64,000 nt of DNA from positions 64,001-128,000 of the IMG/VR virus record IMGVR_UViG_3300023218_000040. The stretch is one strand, 5' to 3'. A model generated the notes under the pieces. That model searched no databases, was not told where the DNA came from, and saw nothing but the letters and a program-made list of their open reading frames with translations. This document shows positions 8,841 through 16,895 of the stretch, in pieces (positions within the stretch are counted from its first letter, which is position 1; each line of letters opens with the position of its first letter). The stretch is from a virus. Lineage: Duplodnaviria > Caudoviricetes. The translations under genes were made by a program, and so were the position numbers.

Positions 8841-11800
8841 AGCATGAACTTATTCAAGAACTCCGTGATCTCTCGCTGTGAGCAACCTTTATCCTTCAGT
8901 TCTTTTGAAATCGGATCCTTATCGAGTCCACGAAGCAAATCACGGACTACCTCATATTCCATTCTACTCAATTGAGATCCCTCAAGCAAGTAGTCACGAA
9001 AAGCTTCTGTTGCCCATGGCACATGGGGCTCGATCAGTTCCAGAATAGCATCAGCAAATACTCGGATTTCGTACTGAGCATGTGGATCGCAGCGTAGCTT
9101 CAGGAAGTGGAACAGGTTATGTAGGTTACCCGACCAATACATTTGGCTGTACGTGGCAACAGGCAGTACCATACGAGCTAGCTCCCTGGCAATACCTGGG
9201 AAGTCACCAGCCAATTCTGACACACCGTTCTGCTCTAGATACGCTGTAATCGCCTCAGAGACGCTTTCCTCGGTGGGATAGGGGTCTACATTGCCAGCGT
9301 CCGCAGCACGCTTCCTGGCCTCCCTGACGGCTACTACGGCTGCTTCCTTGCACCACTCGATACGGCGGCGAACACCATCGGGTGGAGGAGTCAGATCTCC
9401 ATTTTCATTTGGACCTAGAAGATGAAGGTAAGTCTGATAGCTAGTATCGAATACCTCGTCAACAGCCGCCATGACCGCATTATATTCTTGTTCAGTCAGA
9501 ACGTCACCAGAACGACCCTGGCGGTTGCTGGTGCTTTGTGGAGCTAGATGCCCCAAGTCTGGGTGGTACATCTCTCCATCGAGAACTGAGTAACGTGCGC
9601 TGTACTCGTTGATCGAGTTATGAACAATCATTCCGTTTGCTACGAAATTGTGGTTTGGTCCCTCGACGCAGATGTCATACGTATCTTCTATTCCAATCAA
9701 CTCTATTTTGATGATTTTAGATGGTCGGGCTACCATCAAGTTGCCTTTCCCCTTACCTGCTCGATGCAACAACCCATCTCCATGCTCTTGACCGTGAGCC
9801 CTTCGGTGACAGGAGACACACAATGTTACTAGGTTATCGAAATCGTATGCGTGTTCAGGGTAATCAACAACCGGCAATACATGATGCACTTGGAGTTGAT
9901 TCTTGCTTGAACACTCGTTACATCTGTAGTCGAATTTTTCATGCACTTTTGGTGCTTGTGCAGTGGTCCATGCACCTATGAGTTGGCGTTCTGGGGTGAT
10001 CCCTCCTTTCCAGAAATTGCTATTTTCACCAGAGCGAGCACGCTTAATTGCCGATATGTGATCATCAGAATGAACCAAATTTGTACTATACCCATATACA
10101 TCTTTGTTCCATGGTTTATGACCTTTTTTGAAACGATTCTCACCGTTAGAAAACTGTAGACCATGAATACGAAGCCATTTTCTGATTGTATGGTAGCTAC
10201 AGCCAGCGTTTGATGCTATTTCTTGAACTGAATAACCAAGATTTCGTTGGTTATTCATCCAATTGAAATCCTGGTGTGCCGGTATCCCATTACACATAAC
10301 ATAGGCATCTTTGGTTATACACGCACGATTGTTTGTTACTGTTAAACCAACCGCATCTTCCAACCTCTGCCAACCATCAAGCGTATAAATCTGATGGTCC
10401 TTGGAACATTTGAGAGTCTTACCGTTTTCTAATGTTATTTCGAAGACCTGTTTTGGTCCACTGTATATTACATCATTGATTGTACCAGTTGTGAATTGTT
10501 CAGCGGATTCGTCATACACTCGAAGTAACATCGAACGAATTCTAGTTCTATTGAAATCTCTCAAAGATCTTTTCTGCTTGTCCTTTCTCTTTATCGGTGG
10601 ATTTTCATTCCATTTTCTATGAAGATCTGAAAGCTTCATGTATTTTGCTGTACGAACACCGAGCTTAATATGATCTGGCAACTCGAATGTGATAACAGAA
10701 TCGCCAGACAAACAGAACGTACGGTGGCGGTGCCACTGACGAAATACGAAGATCGGAGCCTTGACGTGAAACTTGAAGTTGCACATCTCGAATGGAGTCG
10801 AATTAGATGACACAAAACCATATTTAGTATTTGCTCCACGTACCATTAAAAAACCACTAGACGTAGTGGCACAATATACACTACCGGTATATTGAGATGT
10901 TGAATGGTATTGCTTCCTACTTTCAAGACTGGTACGCCCGTTTGGAAAATATATATTGACGGTGTAACCGCTTTGGCGTTCACGACAATAATGACTATCT
11001 AAACCTAAACGTGGTGAGATAGCAGACACTATGTCTGTGAGATTTTTGGATGTAGAACTAAATGATATTTGATGTCTATCACTTTTGTGATTTCCATCGC
11101 TTTCAACCAAACCAGTTAGTAGTCCTCGTAGTTCTTCTCCAGTTAGATTACGAAGATTTTCTAGTTGGAAATGTTTGTTGTTTGTTTGTGTATCTATTTC
11201 TAAACAAACTCGTAATTCATCTGGAGTAGTAATGTAGAACCTTGTTGTATCTTTACTATCCACCGAACTGGTGTATTCCCAACCCAATCTGTGAAGTAAA
11301 GAGGTTAAAAACGAAATCTTACGTTCCTTTTTGAATCCAAAACTAATCCTATTTGGACTTGCCACGTGACCATCACCAAGGAACATACCGACGAACGTAT
11401 AGAAATCATCAATCACACCGTTATACGGATGGGTTGAGTATCCTAACATGGATTCAAACCACCCCCACTTTGGCATGTCCTTTGCCCGATATACCTTGAA
11501 ATCGTTCTGATACTTTTCCTTAAACAACATTTTGTGTTCGTCGGTTACAGAGTATGACATTCTTTCATTGGAGAATTCATACATGATTCCATCGTAATCA
11601 AAGGATTTAACTTCTAACTCCTCGACTGTGTAAGAACGGGTATCGGGGTTAGGAACAAGAAAAGTTTCGACGGAATTACATTCACACCATTTCTTCCATC
11701 CTTCAATCGTTAAAACTTCCATATCTGGATGATAGCAATGTAGGTGACGCATGAGGTATCGGATCAACCCCTTATCGGAGTTAACCTTCTTTGTACCCTT

Positions 11801-11995
11801 GCCATATGAGACACGGGCTGCGTTCACAATGGACGAGTCATCGCCCATGAAGTCCACCAGACCGACAAAGCCGGTATCTAGAACCTTCCTGTACTGTGGC
11901 TGCCAGACACGAAACGTCTCATCGTGTTCTGCGCTACGAATAACGAATTCATCATCGAAGTCGTCCGGGACTTCTACTTTCACAAATCGAGTCAT
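8837..11995 (-). CDS. thyX: FAD-dependent thymidylate synthase ThyX precursor with two inteins (spliced product about 374 aa)
   Basis: IVNAARVSY, RHLH|STPFEM, RQWHRHRTF|SINEYSARYS (ThyX motif), RELARMVLP, NLHNLFHFLKLR...HAQYEIR. Confidence 0.95.
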   Translation of the reverse strand: MTRFVKVEVPDDFDDEFVIRSAEHDETFRVWQPQYRKVLDTGFVGLVDFMGDDSSIVNAARVSYGKGTKKVNSDKGLIRYLMRHLHCYHPDMEVLTIEGWKKWCECNSVETFLVPNPDTRSYTVEELEVKSFDYDGIMYEFSNERMSYSVTDEHKMLFKEKYQNDFKVYRAKDMPKWGWFESMLGYSTHPYNGVIDDFYTFVGMFLGDGHVASPNRISFGFKKERKISFLTSLLHRLGWEYTSSVDSKDTTRFYITTPDELRVCLEIDTQTNNKHFQLENLRNLTGEELRGLLTGLVESDGNHKSDRHQISFSSTSKNLTDIVSAISPRLGLDSHYCRERQSGYTVNIYFPNGRTSLESRKQYHSTSQYTGSVYCATTSSGFLMVRGANTKYGFVSSNSTPFEMCNFKFHVKAPIFVFRQWHRHRTFCLSGDSVITFELPDHIKLGVRTAKYMKLSDLHRKWNENPPIKRKDKQKRSLRDFNRTRIRSMLLRVYDESAEQFTTGTINDVIYSGPKQVFEITLENGKTLKCSKDHQIYTLDGWQRLEDAVGLTVTNNRACITKDAYVMCNGIPAHQDFNWMNNQRNLGYSVQEIASNAGCSYHTIRKWLRIHGLQFSNGENRFKKGHKPWNKDVYGYSTNLVHSDDHISAIKRARSGENSNFWKGGITPERQLIGAWTTAQAPKVHEKFDYRCNECSSKNQLQVHHVLPVVDYPEHAYDFDNLVTLCVSCHRRAHGQEHGDGLLHRAGKGKGNLMVARPSKIIKIELIGIEDTYDICVEGPNHNFVANGMIVHNSINEYSARYSVLDGEMYHPDLGHLAPQSTSNRQGRSGDVLTEQEYNAVMAAVDEVFDTSYQTYLHLLGPNENGDLTPPPDGVRRRIEWCKEAAVVAVREARKRAADAGNVDPYPTEESVSEAITAYLEQNGVSELAGDFPGIARELARMVLPVATYSQMYWSGNLHNLFHFLKLRCDPHAQYEIRVFADAILELIEPHVPWATEAFRDYLLEGSQLSRMEYEVVRDLLRGLDKDPISKELKDKGCSQREITEFLNKFML
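9617..10714 (-). mobile_element. Intein 2 in thyX (366 aa) with HNH endonuclease
   Basis: Starts CLSGDS, block B CSKDHQI, HNH CNEC...VHH...NLVTLCVSCH, ends IVHN|S. Confidence 0.92.
10802..11737 (-). mobile_element. Intein 1 in thyX (312 aa) with LAGLIDADG endonuclease
   Basis: Starts CYHPDMEVLT, block B VTDEH, FVGMFLGDG and LTGLVESDG, ends VSSN|S. Confidence 0.9.
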
Positions 11996-12027
11996 GGGGT
12001 TTCCTCCAGGATGGAATTACCTCATGA

Positions 12028-12056
12028 ATATAGGTTCAGCTAGGCTTCTTTTCTAG
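12028..12056 (-). promoter_or_regulatory. RpoH-type promoter CTAGAA-N16-CCTATAT upstream of thyX
   Basis: One mismatch to the rhizobial RpoH-type consensus CTTGAA-N16-CCTATAT as I recall it. Confidence 0.6.
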
Positions 12057-12729
12057 ACCTTGAGTACCGCTCATCCAGCCATTGGCCCACGGTTTCTCCG
12101 GTAGTCAACACCGCTTCTCGATCTGGAATAGTGAAATACACAATCGAATACTGAGTACGCCCTTCAGGATCGGCTACCACTTCATGCTCAGTGGCCTGGA
12201 ATTTTGGGTTGACTAGCTCCAGGATTTCTCCGAAGTGGATCTGCTTATTCAGTTTTTGTGCATCCATCAGGGGAATACACTCATCTAAATCATCGTTTTG
12301 AGTGTACCTGAAATTTTCAGGGATATTTCTATAGCACATCAGAGTGAACAGATCGAAGTCCACATGTGGGTGTGCGATGGCACCGGGTGGATACTCCAGG
12401 ATACGCATCGCACTCAGGCTACGAACTGGCCAAAATTCTTTAGGGATACCAAGCTCGATTGCTATATCTACAGCACGGTCGTGTGCTTTGTCCAGATATT
12501 CACTTAAAATAGTGGCTCGAACAAACGTGTCACCTTTCTTTGACGATCCGACGTGGATGCTGTTCTTACGCATTTCATTGAGATATTTGGTTGCCACATG
12601 AGCATATCGTTTCTCTGTGTCCCAATTGCCGTTACCGTTTGGAGATTCAATCATTTCGGGACGATATCCTGGGTAGTCATCCCTAAAGACGAGATCGCTC
12701 AGTACTTTATAATCGTGTACTGTAAACAT
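12040..12729 (-). CDS. 2-oxoglutarate/Fe(II) oxygenase, IPNS/DIOX-like
   Basis: HVDFDLFTL (HxD), IHFGEILE, distal TEHEV, RTQYSIVYF; start 12729 coupled by TAATG to the dNMP kinase stop (ORF track starts 12774). Confidence 0.75.
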   Translation of the reverse strand: MFTVHDYKVLSDLVFRDDYPGYRPEMIESPNGNGNWDTEKRYAHVATKYLNEMRKNSIHVGSSKKGDTFVRATILSEYLDKAHDRAVDIAIELGIPKEFWPVRSLSAMRILEYPPGAIAHPHVDFDLFTLMCYRNIPENFRYTQNDDLDECIPLMDAQKLNKQIHFGEILELVNPKFQATEHEVVADPEGRTQYSIVYFTIPDREAVLTTGETVGQWLDERYSRSRKEA

Positions 12730-13463
12730 TATTGGTGCTCCCATGGAGTCAATTCTATAGTCTCTCCATCCCAATAGGTGTCGCTCATATGCTCATTCCA
12801 TTGTTCTTCGAGCGCAGTCATAATCTGGGGAGTCATCTTTGGTTTATACCCGATTGCCTTCAATAGTCGATAACGGAACTTGCTTAGGTTGTGTTCTTCG
12901 CTGTACTCCTCGTTAATTTCGTTTTCTACGATAGAGTCCCACTCATTCCAGGTTTCCCATTCAGTCTCGGACTTGTGTTCAGTGGAGGCTGTAAGGGTGG
13001 ATCGCTCACCAGTTCGCTGTATCAGGATTAGCTTACCATTCAAATCTTTAACGAACTGGAGTTCGTTAATGAATCGACAATCGGTGAGCAACCCATAGTC
13101 AAATTCGTCATACTCTCCACGCTGAATGGCGAGCTTGAGAGCTATGATCCAGGCTTCCTGATGAAGTCCTTCACGGAAGCATTCGGTTCCAACTTTTTGC
13201 ATCACGACACGACGAGTCATCCCTAGCATCTCACATGCTGGATCAGGACTACCATCATCTAGGGTGTCACCTTCTTTGTAATCATAATCGTTCAAAAGAC
13301 GATCATAGTCCCACCCGAACATGAGAGCACATACAGCCTTTAGGGGATCTGCAAACGACAGTTTGATAACACGGTTGCCATATTCCTCCAGGGCTTCGGT
13401 CACGAGTTTGGCAGCGGTGTCTTTTCCAGATCCGGCTTTGCCGGAGAAACCAATGATTTTCAT
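12729..13463 (-). CDS. Deoxynucleoside monophosphate kinase (T4 gp1-like)
   Basis: GFSGKAGSGKDT, KLSFADPLK, RRVVMQKVGTECFR, TDCRFINE, HKSE. Confidence 0.9.
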   Translation of the reverse strand: MKIIGFSGKAGSGKDTAAKLVTEALEEYGNRVIKLSFADPLKAVCALMFGWDYDRLLNDYDYKEGDTLDDGSPDPACEMLGMTRRVVMQKVGTECFREGLHQEAWIIALKLAIQRGEYDEFDYGLLTDCRFINELQFVKDLNGKLILIQRTGERSTLTASTEHKSETEWETWNEWDSIVENEINEEYSEEHNLSKFRYRLLKAIGYKPKMTPQIMTALEEQWNEHMSDTYWDGETIELTPWEHQ

Positions 13464-13491
13464 ATATCACTCTCGGATGTTCTTTATCCAA

Positions 13492-13520
13492 AGATAGGAA
13501 GACCGAAAATATATATCAAG
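13492..13520 (-). promoter_or_regulatory. RpoH-type promoter CTTGAT-N16-CCTATCT upstream of dNMP kinase
   Basis: Direct motif match; 28 nt upstream of the ATG. Confidence 0.6.
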
Positions 13521-13896
13521 CTGACTCTACGTCGATCTTTACCGGATGGGACACCGAGTATACCTGTTCCGGTGCTTGTTGTTTGGAATATTCCTCAAGT
13601 TCTTCAGGGGTCATATCGATTGCATAGGACTGAAATTCGTCATTACCCATGGTCTTTTTCATGTCCGTTGCAACGTCAATGATCAACTGGTAGTAATCAT
13701 CATGTCGATCAACGATGAATGAGTCACCAAGAACTAGTAACTCCTCGAAGTGTAGTGATCCACGAATACCTTTTTCCTTGAGGTATCCCTTCCAGAGATC
13801 AATCATACGATTGTTCAACTCCGGAGTCATTTTCAGCCAAGATGTGATGAGATCGGCGGTTAGCTCGTATACAGTTTCATCAAGCAGAAGTTTCAT
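13516..13896 (-). CDS. Hypothetical protein
   Basis: Acidic ORF; start MKLLLDE preferred over the track start at 13926. Confidence 0.65.
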   Translation of the reverse strand: MKLLLDETVYELTADLITSWLKMTPELNNRMIDLWKGYLKEKGIRGSLHFEELLVLGDSFIVDRHDDYYQLIIDVATDMKKTMGNDEFQSYAIDMTPEELEEYSKQQAPEQVYSVSHPVKIDVESA

Positions 13897-14380
13897 AGCT
13901 AATAATACTCCAGCCATATTTTGCAATCAATGCCGCTTCTGCTTTGCCCTCATCAGCGGTCTTATATTTGAAGTCCGATGCGTTATTAGGGAAGTTCTGT
14001 TTGGCTAGTTCAACAGAATCAACTTTAGCTGCACCAATGAGACCAACTTGTTTCTTCCAGACTTGTGATCGAACTAGAATATACTCCAGGTCTAGTCCGA
14101 TAAGCAATCCTTGCCATTGACCCAGGTTTTGACCGAATCGAAACATACCAGTGACGCCCTGTCCCGGCATAGCTGATACTTGCTCAAGAAAAATCTGACT
14201 CACGGGATGTCGAAGAAGAATGTCCCGGCACTCGCCAAGATCCATGTCATCTCGGGTGGTCTTCTTACCTCGTTTGACGAATGGAACTTTGACCGTTGGC
14301 GTTCGATACGCCAACAGCTTAGTGGGTGAGTAGAAGGCTATTCCGCCTTTTATTCCTGGGTCGATTCCAACTGTATACAT
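13880..14380 (-). CDS. ruvC: RuvC-like Holliday junction resolvase
   Basis: VGIDPGIKGG, FLEQV...QGVTGMFRFG, WKK, DEGKAEAALIA; RBS GGAGG. Confidence 0.85.
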   Translation of the reverse strand: MYTVGIDPGIKGGIAFYSPTKLLAYRTPTVKVPFVKRGKKTTRDDMDLGECRDILLRHPVSQIFLEQVSAMPGQGVTGMFRFGQNLGQWQGLLIGLDLEYILVRSQVWKKQVGLIGAAKVDSVELAKQNFPNNASDFKYKTADEGKAEAALIAKYGWSIISYETSA

Positions 14381-14414
14381 GTTTTCCTCCGAGTATACTT
14401 ATCCCCGTAGGCAT

Positions 14415-14675
14415 TCATCTCGGTAGGTCTGCCAAATCAGCTATTTTTTGAGGTCGATGAACCTTTACTACCTCGAATGTTGGTCTGTCTCCACCTAACA
14501 TTGGGTTCCAGCCATGATTCATGTAGTGTTCAATCATCCTGATGGCAAGATATCCATTCCATCGAGTGGATGCTTTTTTCTCATCACTGACGAGGCATGG
14601 ATTACCTTCGTCATTCTCCCCGATCCACAGAACGGAACCCACTAGTTTTGCAGCGTACTTGTAGTGGATGTCCAT
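14415..14675 (-). CDS. Hypothetical protein
   Basis: 86-aa ORF in the co-directional gene run. Confidence 0.7.
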   Translation of the reverse strand: MDIHYKYAAKLVGSVLWIGENDEGNPCLVSDEKKASTRWNGYLAIRMIEHYMNHGWNPMLGGDRPTFEVVKVHRPQKIADLADLPR

Positions 14676-14676
14676 G

Positions 14677-15081
14677 TTAATCCTGAGTGCATTTGATTGC
14701 TACCAGCCTCCATCCTCCGCTGGTTTTGCCCAGATTCTCGTTGATGAAGTCTAGGCACATCCCATACGGAATCTGACGAGTGTTATCCTGGTGTTTACCT
14801 CCACGGACCATAGTCATCACCATTGTGCCTATATCGGTGTCATACACGATATTATTTCCCCATTCTCTGGTTTCGATACGGGTATAGTTCTTCACGTCTG
14901 GCTGGAGGGACATTTCTCCACGATTGGCGGATCCACTGTATTCTTGGTAGACTTCTTTTTTTCCCTTATAGGAAGCAGGACGGTCTAGATTTATCGGAGA
15001 CGGTTGAACATTGTTTTTGTTGCATCCAGTCAGAACTACTGCCAGCAAAAGGGTTGCTACTATTTTCATCGTTCTGACCAC
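14677..15081 (-). CDS. Putative lipoprotein
   Basis: Signal-like KIVATLLLAVV followed by lipobox LTGC. Confidence 0.7.
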   Translation of the reverse strand: MVRTMKIVATLLLAVVLTGCNKNNVQPSPINLDRPASYKGKKEVYQEYSGSANRGEMSLQPDVKNYTRIETREWGNNIVYDTDIGTMVMTMVRGGKHQDNTRQIPYGMCLDFINENLGKTSGGWRLVAIKCTQD

Positions 15082-15476
15082 ATGTTTGTAATGACCTCTA
15101 ATTCCTCGATGTACCTTTTGTACACAGGATTGTTATCCTGGAATGTCCACTTGTCCGTGTAAAGCTGAAGGGCAATCTTTACCCAATTTGGATGCTTGTT
15201 ATACAACCACAATGCCCATAGCCCACTTGGATTTGGGTTTTCAATGTTATGTCTCGAACAAGATAAACCAACATCATCCGGAGTTGGAATGTGAATAGTA
15301 GCAACCTTCTTACCATTTACTGTCCAGACGATACGGTCCGTTTTTTGTGCTTCACGCACTGGAAGAGTGAAGTCACCTATCTCCTCGAACCACCAGTTGC
15401 CGGTGGAGACTGCTACATGATCAAGCGAAGTTACGAACGAAGTTACGAATTTAGCGTTCATCTTCCTCTTTTCCAA
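15066..15476 (-). CDS. Hypothetical protein
   Basis: 136-aa ORF tiling the operon. Confidence 0.65.
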   Translation of the reverse strand: MEKRKMNAKFVTSFVTSLDHVAVSTGNWWFEEIGDFTLPVREAQKTDRIVWTVNGKKVATIHIPTPDDVGLSCSRHNIENPNPSGLWALWLYNKHPNWVKIALQLYTDKWTFQDNNPVYKRYIEELEVITNMWSER

Positions 15477-15657
15477 AAAATATCTGGTACAAGAAGATAG
15501 GCCAAATTACCGCCAGGAAGATATGCTGGAAGATGGTCATCTCCTGGTGTGGCAAATCATAGTATTTGGCGTAATACCTGATTGCGAACTCGGCAAATCT
15601 CGCAATCAAAAGACCGGCGAGAGCGTAGTACAGGATGTAATCGTAGATGCCACTCAT
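15451..15657 (-). CDS. Small membrane protein
   Basis: 68 aa with two hydrophobic stretches. Confidence 0.65.
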   Translation of the reverse strand: MSGIYDYILYYALAGLLIARFAEFAIRYYAKYYDLPHQEMTIFQHIFLAVIWPIFLYQIFFGKEEDER

Positions 15658-15691
15658 GGTTATGCCTCGGACGACGGGTTCATCATTGTGT

Positions 15692-16684
15692 TTATGCAGC
15701 CTTTTTCTGTTGCATCAACCACTCGCTGAACTGGATGGGCAACTCGTACTTTATACCATATTCCCGAAGATGTCCAGTTAGGCGATTGAGATCCACTTCT
15801 CCGAAGCGAGTCAACAAGTAGACGTAGATCCCTACGAATTCCTTGCCATGACCAGCGTGGAGCTTGCCATTGTCATCTGTATTGCCCCAACGACGATGCA
15901 AAACGTGAGCCAATTCATGCAACAAGATCAACCGGTTACAATGAACGGGAAGCAGACGAATGTCAGTACCGCCAAAAGAATGGCTACCACTCTTGCGGAA
16001 CTTCAGGGCCGGAACCTTCTCACCGAGGTTGATGCAGATATGCTCCAGCATGTTCCGAAGGAACTGCGGCGTGCATCGCTGATGCAGCTTGTCCCGAGAA
16101 ACGACGGTATTGGGCCACACACCGGCATCGGCATCGATCTTGGGACCGATATCGAAAGCCATCTTGTGCTCCCACTTATAGACCTTGGACTTCTGGGAGT
16201 CACGAGATTTGTTGCTATTTTTACGAGTGTAGTGCTCAGGAACTTCGAACGACTCGGCCCAGAACGGAATGGATGCGATGGCATCCTCCATCGAGGAGTA
16301 GGACTCGACCACCTTTCGTTTGGGGTTCTCGGGGTCGGTAACCGTCATGGCGAAGGTGTGGTAGCTGGCCAGAGCGTTCCTGGACGGACGCCATCCGACC
16401 ACATGCTTACCACTAAAGTAGCGCAGGCTGACCACGAAGAAATTACCCTTACCGTTGGGGTTCTTCTCTTCGTGCTCAATGTAGTAACTATCGAGCCGGT
16501 CCAGATCCCATCCGGTGTCCAGTTCGATATAATCCCGCTCGTGATGACCTCGGTAGCTCATTACTGGCTCCTGGGTTCCTTGACTAGATGAGCTTATTAT
16601 ACCACGGTGGTATTTCTTCGTCAAGAATTTTTTTAGGCGGGATAATAACTCGGATGCCGCAGTCCAGTAAGAAATCGCATCCAT
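15692..16684 (-). CDS. SprT-like zinc metallopeptidase domain protein
   Basis: LILLHELAH (HExxH) plus HAGHGKEF. Confidence 0.65.
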   Translation of the reverse strand: MDAISYWTAASELLSRLKKFLTKKYHRGIISSSSQGTQEPVMSYRGHHERDYIELDTGWDLDRLDSYYIEHEEKNPNGKGNFFVVSLRYFSGKHVVGWRPSRNALASYHTFAMTVTDPENPKRKVVESYSSMEDAIASIPFWAESFEVPEHYTRKNSNKSRDSQKSKVYKWEHKMAFDIGPKIDADAGVWPNTVVSRDKLHQRCTPQFLRNMLEHICINLGEKVPALKFRKSGSHSFGGTDIRLLPVHCNRLILLHELAHVLHRRWGNTDDNGKLHAGHGKEFVGIYVYLLTRFGEVDLNRLTGHLREYGIKYELPIQFSEWLMQQKKAA

Positions 16685-16721
16685 ATTTTACTTCCTCAAA
16701 AATACTCATTTCTATGTAGGA

Positions 16722-16883
16722 TTAGTATTCTGAACGGCTGATTTGTTTTCCCCAAACGTTATTCAGGAGTATGGGAATTTCATTTCTTCTGAATCTGACA
16801 CAGCCCAATTCAGCGAGCTTGTTGTCAGTAGGGCGAAACGCACCCAGGGAAATGTCTTCGTTTCCGATTCGTATCCATACCAT
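16722..16883 (-). CDS. Small unannotated ORF (53 aa)
   Basis: MVWIRIGNEDISLGAFRPTDNKLAELGCVRFRRNEIPILLNNVWGKQISRSEY fills the gap after gp46; below the track length cutoff. Confidence 0.45.
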   Translation of the reverse strand: MVWIRIGNEDISLGAFRPTDNKLAELGCVRFRRNEIPILLNNVWGKQISRSEY

Positions 16884-16895
16884 CAAAATTCTAGT

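Noticed and set aside
15848-16591. 247-aa + strand ORF
   Set aside because: Fully antisense to the motif-bearing SprT-like gene.
16714-16742. CCTACAT -10-like element upstream of the SprT-like gene
   Set aside because: No matching -35 at 15-17 nt spacing.
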